A stretch of 64,000 bases of DNA, taken from the NCBI GenBank assembly GCA_963662285.2, contig CAXXMV010000001.1, forward strand, positions 288,001 through 352,000, given 5' to 3'. The notes under the pieces are model-generated. The model saw only the letters and a list, made by a program, of their open reading frames with translations, did not search any database and had not been told where the DNA came from. The position numbers and the translations under genes are program-made. Shown here one piece after another: positions 47,732 to 57,725 of this stretch. Positions within the stretch are counted from its first letter, which is position 1. The number at the start of each line of letters is the position of its first letter. The stretch is from a bacterium (lineage in GTDB: Bacteria; Hinthialibacterota; Hinthialibacteria; Hinthialibacterales; Hinthialibacteraceae).

Positions 47732-48562
47732 CTATCCTCCGATATGCACCGACAATCCGGCATCTTCCAAGCGTAGTTTAACTGATTCGATCTGGTCAAG
47801 CGTGGGAGGAGCAATTTCCCCTGTCTTATCTTCCATATCCAAGCGCTTATATTTATGCTGAGCCGTATTGTGAAACGGCAGAATATGGAATGTTGATATC
47901 TTTCTTAAACAGGATAGATAATTCACCATAGCCGATAAATTATCATCTGTATCAGTAATGCCCGGAATAAGGGGAAAGCGAATGGCTATGTTTTTGCCCT
48001 GGTCTGCCAGCATCTTTAAGTTATTCAATATACAACAGTTAGATACGCCAGTGTATTTGAGGTGCATGTCATTATCCATCAATTTTAAATCATAAAGAAA
48101 CAGGTCAACGTTATGCATTACCTGTTCAAGAATTTCCTGCGAGGCGTAGCCTGTAGTATCGATGGCGGTATGGATTTCCCGTTGTTTGCTTTCCCGCAGC
48201 ATGGCGTCCAGGAATTCTGATTGCACCAGCGGCTCTCCTCCAGAAAATGTCACGCCTCCACCGGATTCATCAAAGAAGAGAGTTTCTTTTTCTATTTCGC
48301 GCAATACTTCATCCACGCTCATCCTGCTGGAAATATTTTTAGCGCCATAGCGGGAGTTTGAATTCTGTTTATTTAAGAATTCACCATCAGCATTACAATC
48401 ATCAGAGAGTGAACGAATCCCCTCTGGATTATGGCACCACCAGCATTGCAGCGGACATCCCCGCATAAATATGGTGACCCGAATCCCCGGACCGTCATGG
48501 ATGGCGTAGCGTTTTATGTCGAACAAGCTGCCGTATAGGGTGGTTTTCATAATAACATTCAT
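47732..48562 (-). CDS. Glycyl-radical activating enzyme (radical SAM)
   Basis: HDGPGIR, GCPLQCWWCHNPE, GGVTFSGGEP. Confidence 0.95.
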   Translation of the reverse strand: MNVIMKTTLYGSLFDIKRYAIHDGPGIRVTIFMRGCPLQCWWCHNPEGIRSLSDDCNADGEFLNKQNSNSRYGAKNISSRMSVDEVLREIEKETLFFDESGGGVTFSGGEPLVQSEFLDAMLRESKQREIHTAIDTTGYASQEILEQVMHNVDLFLYDLKLMDNDMHLKYTGVSNCCILNNLKMLADQGKNIAIRFPLIPGITDTDDNLSAMVNYLSCLRKISTFHILPFHNTAQHKYKRLDMEDKTGEIAPPTLDQIESVKLRLEDAGLSVHIGG

Positions 48563-49057
48563 TTTCGAAGACTATAGCAGTTAACAAAAATATATGCGCA
48601 TTGAAAACATTGGATTTGTTAAAAGTCCCATCTTTTGGGGACTTTTAACAACCGCATTGACGCACGCTATTTTGAGAATCGCTCTAGAGCGATTGTTCTT
48701 ATAGAAGTATTTCTTATTATAATTTTGAGGTTCGTATTAGCAAGCGTGCGCATACTCTTATATTGCTTAGCGTAAAGAAATTTCAGGACAACGAAGATTT
48801 GGAGATTGAATAAGTAGTTGCAATTACTTTGATTATGGATACGCTTATTTTTAGATTTCTTGACGTTAACTAATTTTATATCTACTCTGTACATACCGTT
48901 AAAATATATACTTAACCAATACTTATAAGCTTAATTTATTGAGGATATGTTTTCTTTGAATTTACATAGTGAATATTTTTTCACATGCGATAGTTATATA
49001 TATAGAAGCAGACAATCAATTGATAATCAGGCAATGCATTTCGCATGGAAATGAGCG

Positions 49058-50062
49058 TTGACATTGAATAATAATAACTCGCCAAATCCAGATGTTGATC
49101 GGGTGGATTCTCCTGATGCATCGGCAATCCACCCGAATCTTACAATCGTCATCCCTGTAAAAGACGAACAGGAGACCATCAAACCTTTGTATGAAGGAAT
49201 TTGCCAGACTCTTGATGTTTTAGGCGAAAAGTTCGAGATTATTTTTATCGATGATGGCAGTACAGACGATTCCTTCCGAGAGATGGAATCTCTCTATCAA
49301 ACAGATCCTCGCGTACGGATTTTCCGCTTTTACGTCAATAATGGCAAGTCGCCAGCTCTGGCGGCGGCGTTTGAACATGCGCGGGGCAATATAGTGGTTA
49401 CGATAGACTCTGATATGCAAGACGATCCGGCTGAAATCCCGCGTTTGCTCGAAAAACTGGGCGAAGGTTATGACCTCGTTTCGGGGTGGAAAAAGAATCG
49501 CCAGGATCCATTTTTCAAACGGTTATTATCGAAAATATTCAACAAGGTTGTTTCTAAAGCCAGCGGGATTATGCTGCATGATTTCAATTGCGGTTTGAAA
49601 TGCTACCGTAAAGAGGTGCTTGATCAGGTAAGGTTGTATGGTGAGATGCATCGATTTTTACCGGTTATGGCCAGTTGGTACGGCTTCCGCATCAGCGAAG
49701 TAGAAGTGACCCACTATCCACGCCGTTGCGGCAAGAGTAAATACGGCGGCGAACGAATTATTAAAGGCTTACTGGATTTCGGCGCCATAATGTTTTTAAG
49801 TTATTACGTCCAAAGCCCGGCTCATCTGTTTGGCCGAATCGGCTTATCCCTTGGTTTGATCGGTTTTTTAATGTTATTCTGTAGCCTGGGCGCCTTCATA
49901 GCTGGATTAACAGTAGCCAGCGGCGTTGCGCTTGCCGTTGGTTTGACGGCGGCGTTGATCAGTTTTCAATGTTTCTCGCTGGGACTCATGGCGGAAATGC
50001 TGATTTTCCTGAATCGGCGCAGGGAATCATCTTATTTTATTAATGAACGGTTGGAACGATAA
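49058..50062 (+). CDS. GT2 polyprenol-phosphate glycosyltransferase (ArnC/GtrB-like)
   Basis: IDDGSTD, DSDMQDDP, DFNCGLKCY, GEMHRF, C-terminal TMs. Confidence 0.9.
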   Translation: MTLNNNNSPNPDVDRVDSPDASAIHPNLTIVIPVKDEQETIKPLYEGICQTLDVLGEKFEIIFIDDGSTDDSFREMESLYQTDPRVRIFRFYVNNGKSPALAAAFEHARGNIVVTIDSDMQDDPAEIPRLLEKLGEGYDLVSGWKKNRQDPFFKRLLSKIFNKVVSKASGIMLHDFNCGLKCYRKEVLDQVRLYGEMHRFLPVMASWYGFRISEVEVTHYPRRCGKSKYGGERIIKGLLDFGAIMFLSYYVQSPAHLFGRIGLSLGLIGFLMLFCSLGAFIAGLTVASGVALAVGLTAALISFQCFSLGLMAEMLIFLNRRRESSYFINERLER

Positions 50063-50097
50063 ATAATAGTAATATGTCAGCCAATTGAAGCGCGCAT

Positions 50098-50185
50098 CCC
50101 TCCCCCAAGCCTGGGGGAGGTTAGGTGGGGGTTGATTCGTCGAAACACAACCCCCCTCTAACTCCCCCCAAACTTGGGGGGAGAA
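50098..50185. repeat. GC-rich paired palindromic repeat element
   Basis: CTCCCCCAAGCCTGGGGGAG and CTCCCCCCAAACTTGGGGGGAG flank an inverted GTTAG..GGGGGTTG / CAACCCCC..CTAAC. Confidence 0.7.
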
Positions 50186-50271
50186 TTTGAACCTAGGCGC
50201 TTTGTATATAGCATAATTGTTAAGTTATAACTTTATGAGGATGAAAGATTACAAATTATATACTTTACCGA

Positions 50272-51981
50272 ATGGTTGGGACGATGAACGATAAACCTTT
50301 TAAGCTTTACTCGCTATTTCTGGTTGTGCTCATTGTTTTGGCGATTGCGCTGCCTTTCGCCGACAAGGCATTTCATATCGACGATACCTTCGTGCTGGGG
50401 ATTACCAAGAATATCCTGGAGAATCCCGCCGATCCCTTTAAGGGAGATTTCGATTGGCATGGCTACATGCATCCCATCTGGCAAACTACTACCAATCCAC
50501 CATTGGTCAGCTATTATCTCGCTGCTTTTGTCGCCAATTATGGTTATTCAGAGATAGCGCTTCATGTGGCGATGATGTTATTCCTGTTATTGCTGGGTTG
50601 GGGAACCGTCATGCTCTCTCACCGCTTTGCGGGGGGGTCGAACATTCCATTATTTTTCGTTATGTTTAGTCCGGCGGTTATGGTGTCGGGCAATGTCATG
50701 CGCGATATTCCAGCGGTTGGTTTGGCCGTAGCTGGCATAGCGCTTTTTATAATGGGAACCGACCGGCAGAACCGTTTCCTGCTATTGCTGGGTTCCTTAT
50801 TAGCCGGTCTGGCTGTTCTGGCTAAATATTCGGCGATTACCGTTCTACCAATTCTGATTCTATATCCACTCTTTAAGCGAAAAATTAAGCCTATATTCTG
50901 GATAATCCCAGGAGCATTGCTTTTCGGCGCCTGGTGTATGCATAACATCGCTTTATATGAGCAGATGCATATCACTTTTTTGATGGAAAATAAACGCTCC
51001 CTCTCTGGCATCCCCTGGGAGGATAAAGCATTCGGCGCACTAGTGATTTTCGGCAGCATGATTTATCTGCTTCCGGTATTGCTGTTCGGTGAACTGGCGC
51101 GTAAGCGGTGGATTGCTTTTGCGGGATGTCTTCCCATCGGCATACTGGCCTTTTGGGGAGTGCAACGTCATTTCGGGTGGAATGCGGATGTACAGTATTT
51201 AATCTGGGCGGTAACCGGGGCGCTGCTGCTTTACCTGTGTATGTTTGAAGGTTTGCGGCGCGGTTTGCGTTTTTTACGTCATTTGAAGGATGAAGACGCC
51301 AGCGACTCGTTGTTTTTATTGGCTTGGTTATGCGCTCCAGTGCTATTCAGCATTATATTTGTTCCATTCCAGGCAGTGCGTCATCAATTGCTGGCGCTGG
51401 TTCCATTGATGCTGCTGGGCTGGCGAATGCTATACAAGGCACGTGAAAAACGCAGGGCATTCATCACCTCATGCGTAGTGATTCTCTTCTTGCTGCAAGC
51501 AACGGTCAGTTATATGGTGACCACGTCGGATTATCAACTGGCTGATACCTACCGCATGATGGCGAACTATGCCAAACAGAAATTCGATGCAAAGAAAACC
51601 TGGTTCGTGGGACATTGGGGTTGGAAATATTACGCCGAAGAAGCCGGATTCAAAATGCGCCACCGTGACGGCGAGTTGCCCAAGCCGGGCGATGTTGTTC
51701 TATGGCCGCTACGGGTTCATTTCGGTGAGGTCTGGAATGACTTGAAGGGCGACAGCGCTTTTACAATACTCTCGCCACGCACCATCGATAAGGTGACTTA
51801 TAAAACGCCTATTCCAATCAGAACCATGAATTTCCAGGGCGCTGCATTCTACGCCGTCATCGGCGATAACTTACCATACCGCTACGACGAGAATATCCCT
51901 CTGGAAATGCTCAAGATTTATGAAGTCAGTGATTATAAGGCGGCTGATGTTCTTAAAAAGATTGAGAATGTAGAGGAATAA
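50272..51981 (+). CDS. GT-C fold glycosyltransferase (ArnT/PMT-like)
   Basis: HIDD acidic motif, NPPL, many TM helices, LAVLAKY. Confidence 0.8.
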   Translation: MVGTMNDKPFKLYSLFLVVLIVLAIALPFADKAFHIDDTFVLGITKNILENPADPFKGDFDWHGYMHPIWQTTTNPPLVSYYLAAFVANYGYSEIALHVAMMLFLLLLGWGTVMLSHRFAGGSNIPLFFVMFSPAVMVSGNVMRDIPAVGLAVAGIALFIMGTDRQNRFLLLLGSLLAGLAVLAKYSAITVLPILILYPLFKRKIKPIFWIIPGALLFGAWCMHNIALYEQMHITFLMENKRSLSGIPWEDKAFGALVIFGSMIYLLPVLLFGELARKRWIAFAGCLPIGILAFWGVQRHFGWNADVQYLIWAVTGALLLYLCMFEGLRRGLRFLRHLKDEDASDSLFLLAWLCAPVLFSIIFVPFQAVRHQLLALVPLMLLGWRMLYKAREKRRAFITSCVVILFLLQATVSYMVTTSDYQLADTYRMMANYAKQKFDAKKTWFVGHWGWKYYAEEAGFKMRHRDGELPKPGDVVLWPLRVHFGEVWNDLKGDSAFTILSPRTIDKVTYKTPIPIRTMNFQGAAFYAVIGDNLPYRYDENIPLEMLKIYEVSDYKAADVLKKIENVEE

Positions 51982-52020
51982 TCCGGGGGATTAAAATAAT
52001 GTAAAAAAACACTATATGAA

Positions 52021-53859
52021 TTGAATTCAATGATTACCAGTGAGCGACTTTCTCTTCTGCCAAACCAGCCGGGGGTGTACCTGATGAAAAATGCAGGTGG
52101 GAAAGTTTTGTATATTGGTAAAGCCATCGATATTCAAAAACGGGTTCGTTCTCATTGCTATAGGCGTGATGGGAATTTCGCTTCTCCCTTCGTGGAATTG
52201 GTCGATCAAGTGGATGTGATTATTACCGATGGAGATGCCGAAGCGCTGATTCTGGAATATAACCTTATCAAACAGCATAATCCTCCTTTCAATGTCAAAC
52301 TGAAAGACGATAAAAGATATCCCTATATAAAATTAACTATTCAGGAAACTTTCCCACGGGCTTTTTTAACCAGAACCGTCGAACCTGACGGCGCCAAATA
52401 TTTCGGCCCGTTTCCCCATGCCAATCATGCGCGCAGAACCTTGATGGGATTGCATGAAATATTTCCTCTGCGCACCTGTAAATATGAATCGGCGAAGTTG
52501 CTCAATGTCCGGCCATGTCTGGATTACGAGATGGGGCGTTGCTGCGCTCCCTGTGGATCGATTATCAATGTCAGGGAGTATGCACTGTTATGCCAGGGTA
52601 TGGTTGATTTCCTTCAGGGAAAACTTGATATGGTTCTTCAAGTGTTGCATGAAAAAATGAATCTGTACGCTAAAGAATTATTGTTTGAAAAAGCTGCCTT
52701 TTACCGTGATATCCTTGATTCGGCCAGGCATTTCGTTGACCGTCAGAAAATGATGAACATAACTGTAGAGAATCAGGATTTTGTGGGTTATAGCCGCGTA
52801 CATAATGTGGCCTGCGTCGCCGTAATCCGGCGGCGCGGCGGTCGCATATTGGGCGCGTCACAGCATTTCCTGGAAGATATCAGCCATGCGGACGCGCGGG
52901 AAATACTATATTCTTTTCTCTTGCATTTTTACGCCAATAATACCGATATCCCCAAGGAGATATTCATATCTTCGACTATTGGCGCCGAACGGGTGAGAAC
53001 CCTGGAAAAAGCATTAACCGGATTAATCAACAAATCGGTGGTGATTAAAATTCCTCAACGGGGCGATAAGCATACCATGCTGCAACTGGTGGAGAAAAAC
53101 AGCGTTCATTATGCTGAACATAACTATCGCAAGTTGCACGGCGTTAAGCGGGGCGTATCGTCTAATGTGATTATGCTGCAGGAATCGCTTAAACTGGAGG
53201 TCTTGCCTCTACGCATCGAAGGATACGATATTTCCAACACCCAAGGCGAAGAAGCGGTGGGAGCGATGGTGGTTTTTGTGGATGGGAAATCCTATAAAAC
53301 CGGCTATCGCCGCTTTAAGATCAAAAGCGTGGATCAACCCAATGACTACGCCATGATGCAGGAGATGCTGCGCCGCCGGTTTTCTCATACTAAAGAACAG
53401 GATGATAAGGACGAAGGCCATAGGTTTGCTGAACCGCCAGATTTGATCGTGATTGATGGAGGCAAAGGACACCTACACGCCGCGATGGAAATTCTGGATG
53501 AATTGGATATCCAGCATTTCCCAATTTGCAGCCTGGCCAAGCGTGAAGAGGAGATTTATCTGCCGGGGCATCCTCTGCCCGTCCGCCTTGATCGCCGCAA
53601 TGAGGGGCTGCGGCTTCTACAACAGGTGCGTGATGAATCTCACAGATTTGGCGTAACTTATCACAGAAAGTTGCGCGGTCAAAGGATGAAAAAATCCATC
53701 CTGCGGGATATTCCTGGAATCGGACCTAAAAAAGAGCGCATATTATTGAAGCAATTCGGTTCGGTATCAAAGATAAGCCAGGCGTCAATAGAGGAAATTA
53801 ATGCAGTTCAGGGCATTCCAGACCACCTCGCCATTCTAATATATAAAAGTCTGCATTAA
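52021..53859 (+). CDS. uvrC: Excinuclease ABC subunit C
   Basis: PGVYLM, YIGKA (GIY-YIG), RIEGYDIS, PDLIVIDGGKG, RDESHRF, HhH GIGPK. Confidence 0.97.
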   Translation: MNSMITSERLSLLPNQPGVYLMKNAGGKVLYIGKAIDIQKRVRSHCYRRDGNFASPFVELVDQVDVIITDGDAEALILEYNLIKQHNPPFNVKLKDDKRYPYIKLTIQETFPRAFLTRTVEPDGAKYFGPFPHANHARRTLMGLHEIFPLRTCKYESAKLLNVRPCLDYEMGRCCAPCGSIINVREYALLCQGMVDFLQGKLDMVLQVLHEKMNLYAKELLFEKAAFYRDILDSARHFVDRQKMMNITVENQDFVGYSRVHNVACVAVIRRRGGRILGASQHFLEDISHADAREILYSFLLHFYANNTDIPKEIFISSTIGAERVRTLEKALTGLINKSVVIKIPQRGDKHTMLQLVEKNSVHYAEHNYRKLHGVKRGVSSNVIMLQESLKLEVLPLRIEGYDISNTQGEEAVGAMVVFVDGKSYKTGYRRFKIKSVDQPNDYAMMQEMLRRRFSHTKEQDDKDEGHRFAEPPDLIVIDGGKGHLHAAMEILDELDIQHFPICSLAKREEEIYLPGHPLPVRLDRRNEGLRLLQQVRDESHRFGVTYHRKLRGQRMKKSILRDIPGIGPKKERILLKQFGSVSKISQASIEEINAVQGIPDHLAILIYKSLH

Positions 53860-53987
53860 TGATAATCTTTTTCCATTCTTAAAAACATTCTGGATGCGGC
53901 TGGTGTGATGGAAGGTCTTATGCTACGGTATATTGCTTGTTTCTTGCTGTTTAGAAATTCTGCGAGGATATTTTGATAAATAACAAC

Positions 53988-55052
53988 ATGGCTTCAAGTA
54001 TCTTTTTTCCTTATTATTACTTATCCAATGATACATTGCTGCGTCATCAGTATTTGTACGCTCCAACATTGCTGCGGGTTCTTCCTTCGGATAGACCCCC
54101 AAGAGATAGCAAACATTTGAAACGTTTCATCTCGGAACTATCTCAATTCAATTTTCTGGATAATTCATTTCAGGAAGCATTTGACATAGATGTCAATAAG
54201 CGTTTTTTACATCTAGTTGAGCATGGTTTTAATAAGAATACCCCATATTTTGTTCATTGCCTGGGGAAATATGAGAAGGAGCTCGCCTCAACCAAAACTT
54301 TTCACTTGTGCCGCTATAAAGTATGGCAAGAATTAGTAGAACGGCTGGTCGAGTTAAGGATCGCCGAAATTGATCCATATGAAGAATGGTGTTTTTCAAC
54401 ACGCAAGATGGTTATTTCATTAAATACATGCTTAACCATCTCTCAACAGGAGAAACAGGGCATCCCCCGTTGCACTGATTCAATCGAGCATGAAGAACTG
54501 GCAACATTAATTGAATGTTCTCCTTGTGATAATGATGAAGATGTTCTCATACCACGGGCGATTCTAGAGTTCCCTTATTACGCGCCTCAAAATCTGGGCG
54601 CCATGCAACTGGAACGTATGCAAACCATTCGTGAATCGCTTTCAGATGACGCCAAATCATTCCAGAACTTAATCCTGGATAATTCACTGGAAATCCAAAA
54701 GGCTGCATCTAAGGCCGATTTTTCAGATAAGATGCGTTGCTTCCATAATCAATTACAGGAAATAAATGGCCGAATATATGAGAAACTGCAATCTCATAAC
54801 GAGCAGATTCAAATGGTATATGCTCAATACCGCTGGTATATACCTCAGGATTCATATTTATCAGAAATCGTATTAGATGATCCTGTCTCATTGAAAGATG
54901 TCTCGTGCTCCATTATCAATGCTCCGATAAATCCAAATAACCTAGAACGGATTCTCTCCTATCCAGGTTCATATATATGGACGCAAGAATCACCTGCATT
55001 AGTAAAAAAATCTGGTGGTATATTGAAGAGACTATTCTCGTTTGGTAAATAA
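53988..55052 (+). CDS. Hypothetical protein (N-terminus weakly DUF6236-like)
   Basis: Long ORF with FFPYY...LLRVLPSD.PPRDS. Confidence 0.5.
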   Translation: MASSIFFPYYYLSNDTLLRHQYLYAPTLLRVLPSDRPPRDSKHLKRFISELSQFNFLDNSFQEAFDIDVNKRFLHLVEHGFNKNTPYFVHCLGKYEKELASTKTFHLCRYKVWQELVERLVELRIAEIDPYEEWCFSTRKMVISLNTCLTISQQEKQGIPRCTDSIEHEELATLIECSPCDNDEDVLIPRAILEFPYYAPQNLGAMQLERMQTIRESLSDDAKSFQNLILDNSLEIQKAASKADFSDKMRCFHNQLQEINGRIYEKLQSHNEQIQMVYAQYRWYIPQDSYLSEIVLDDPVSLKDVSCSIINAPINPNNLERILSYPGSYIWTQESPALVKKSGGILKRLFSFGK

Positions 55053-55075
55053 CATAAATCAATTCGAGTTTAATA

Positions 55076-56158
55076 TTATCCAAATTTTCCATGGACTTGG
55101 ATTATGGCATCAAGATGATCGAAGAAGATGTCAGTAAGGTTTGGATCAAAATGGATTCCTCTACCTTCCCTGATAATTCGCAGGACTTTATCTCTGGAGA
55201 AAGCTTTTTTATAGGGACGTTCAAAAGACAAAGCGTCAAATACATCCGCCAAGGCGCAGATGCGTCCAATTAGAGGGATTTCTTCTCCAACGAGATTATG
55301 GGGATATCCGCTGCCATCCCATTTCTCATGATGGGTTAATGCAATTACCTTTCCTGCTTGTAATAACTTAGAAGAAGAACCATCAAGTATTTTAGCGCCG
55401 ATAGTAGTATGCGTTTTCATTATGGCAAATTCTTCAGAATTTAATCTACCGGGTTTTAAAAGGATGCTATCGGCAATGCCGATTTTACCGACATCATGCA
55501 TAGGAGAGGCTAATTTGATGGTTTCTGCTTCTGATGAAGGTAAGCCCGTTTCATGAGCAATAATTTCACAATAAAGCCCGACTCGCTGGATATGATGTGA
55601 AGTTGCTTTATCTTTATATTCTGAGGCCAGCGCGAGGCGGTCTATTGTATCCAGATGAGCTTCTTTCGCTTCCTGTTGGGCTTTAGCCATATCCTCCAAG
55701 GCTTCATTCAAGGAGGCGGTTCTAAGTTTGACCTGATCTTCCAAATCTGCGTAATATTGCTTTACGGTATCCTGCGTTTCTTTCTGTTTTAACAATGAAT
55801 CCGTTCTAATTTTCAGTTCGGTTTGATCCATTGGCTTGCAAATGAAATCATTGGCGCCTGCCTCAACAGCCCGTAGTTGACTATTTCTGCTTGTTTCTCC
55901 CGTAATCATGCAAATTGGAATATCCGATGTTTGAGGATTACTACGGATTCTTCTTACAACCTCAAATCCATCCATTCCCGGCATTTGAACATCTAAAAGT
56001 ACTAAATCAATATCTAGATTTACTTTTTCCAGAGCCTCGAATCCATCCTTCGCCATTTCTGTTTCATGACCATAAGATTCAAGAAATATCTTAATCAAGT
56101 TGCGCAAAGGCAACTCATCGTCAACTACTAGAACTCGTTTCTTTTTAGTTATTTCCAT
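55076..56158 (-). CDS. Response regulator with HD-GYP c-di-GMP phosphodiesterase domain
   Basis: VLVVDD, LLDVQMPGMDG, HDVGK, HHEKWDGSGYP, RPYK. Confidence 0.95.
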   Translation of the reverse strand: MEITKKKRVLVVDDELPLRNLIKIFLESYGHETEMAKDGFEALEKVNLDIDLVLLDVQMPGMDGFEVVRRIRSNPQTSDIPICMITGETSRNSQLRAVEAGANDFICKPMDQTELKIRTDSLLKQKETQDTVKQYYADLEDQVKLRTASLNEALEDMAKAQQEAKEAHLDTIDRLALASEYKDKATSHHIQRVGLYCEIIAHETGLPSSEAETIKLASPMHDVGKIGIADSILLKPGRLNSEEFAIMKTHTTIGAKILDGSSSKLLQAGKVIALTHHEKWDGSGYPHNLVGEEIPLIGRICALADVFDALSFERPYKKAFSRDKVLRIIREGRGIHFDPNLTDIFFDHLDAIIQVHGKFG

Positions 56159-56342
56159 TGTTTAATAAAAAATGAGTAAATCATAAAAATTTTACTCTAT
56201 CCGTGATGTTTACATAGATTTAATAACGACTAATAAAAAGTATAACTGATAAATTTAAAAGAGAATAACGAGAATGTTTTTTGAGTAAAATTAATGCAAT
56301 AAAATTATTGATATAATTGCCAAAGCGTAATATAACGTTTAA

Positions 56343-57542
56343 TCAGCGAGAGCGTACTACGCAAATCAGGCATTTTAAGTAGCGTGATTCCGGCATAGAC
56401 AGCAGTACCGGGTGATCTCTGGCCTGGCCGCGAATCTCCAGGATATGCAATTGTTTATTCTCGCGAACCGCCGCCTTGTGTATTGTATTGAGGAATTGAT
56501 CCTGGTGAATGAAGTACGAGCATGAACAGGTGCATAGAATTCCTTCATCCCTAACCAGGTTAATCGCCTGTCTATTTAAATCTTCATATCCCCGCAAAGC
56601 TTTATTTATCTGCTTGGCGTTTTTCGCGAATGCCGGAGGATCAACAACAACTATGTCGAATTTCCAATTATTCTTTCTGGCTTCTGATAACCAGTGGAAA
56701 GCATCTTCCATAACCGTTTTGATACTATTCTCCATATTGTTGATTTTGGCGTTATAGTTAGTTAATTCTATGGCCGGGCGGGAAGAATCAAGGGCGACTG
56801 CGTTAGCGGCGCCAGCTCGCAGCATTTGAAGCGCCCAGGCGCCTGTATGACAAAATAGATCAAGCACTTCTTTATCTTTTGCTAAACCAGCGAGAGCCAG
56901 ACGGTTTTCCACTTGATCAAAAAAATGACCTGTTTTTTGACCAGTTAAGACATCGGAAGCCAGTTTGATTCCAAATTCATCTATTTCGCAACACTCAGGA
57001 ATTTTTCCGAAAGCAACCTTATCGTATAGAGGTAAATCTTCCAGTTTCCGTTTCGTGCTATTGTTACGCAAAACAATGGCTGTAGGGGATAATTCTTTTT
57101 TCAAGGCTTCTATAAGAACAGGAGTCAAACGTTCCATTCCCGCAGTAAGGATTTGCACAGACAAAACTGATTCGTACCTGTCGATGACAATGCCAGGAAG
57201 GCAGTCTGAATCCGAATAAACTAAACGGCATGAAATACGGCCGGGAAACAGCCTTTCCCGTAAAGCGACGGCCAAGGATATTTTTTGCTGAAACCATTCA
57301 ACCGAACCGGGGATTTCATCCGGGTTGCGTGACAGGAGACGCAATGCTATCAGGCTATGCGGATTATATGTGGCATAACCCATAAAGTTGTTGCCATCGT
57401 CGATCACATCAACTAAAACTCCCGCTTCGGGCAATGGATTTGGATGAACGATTTCGTTGCTGAAAATCCACGGATGTCCAGCCTTGGCTCTTTTTCCACA
57501 TCGCGGCTTAATAATTATGCTGGGGAAACCTGATTCGATCAT
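56343..57542 (-). CDS. rlmI: RlmI-like rRNA m5C methyltransferase
   Basis: GHPWIFSNE, GQKTGHFFDQ, LDLFCHTG, DPPAF, CSCS, YLK. Confidence 0.85.
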   Translation of the reverse strand: MIESGFPSIIIKPRCGKRAKAGHPWIFSNEIVHPNPLPEAGVLVDVIDDGNNFMGYATYNPHSLIALRLLSRNPDEIPGSVEWFQQKISLAVALRERLFPGRISCRLVYSDSDCLPGIVIDRYESVLSVQILTAGMERLTPVLIEALKKELSPTAIVLRNNSTKRKLEDLPLYDKVAFGKIPECCEIDEFGIKLASDVLTGQKTGHFFDQVENRLALAGLAKDKEVLDLFCHTGAWALQMLRAGAANAVALDSSRPAIELTNYNAKINNMENSIKTVMEDAFHWLSEARKNNWKFDIVVVDPPAFAKNAKQINKALRGYEDLNRQAINLVRDEGILCTCSCSYFIHQDQFLNTIHKAAVRENKQLHILEIRGQARDHPVLLSMPESRYLKCLICVVRSR

Positions 57543-57725
57543 TTTTTATTCATTTCTTTCCTACTAACAGGTAGAATAAATATAATTGCTTTAAAATATT
57601 TTGTATGATTGAGGATACACGATTTTTCCCCCAATTTGGAAGGCGAGTAGTTATAGAGGTTTACATAAAAAAAACGTTATTACAAAAGAATATATTTCCC
57701 AGAATATATATAATAGGTTAAAAGT

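Noticed and set aside
48966-48986. Rex or CRP operator (GTGAA...TTCAC)
   Set aside because: Spacer length fits neither consensus.
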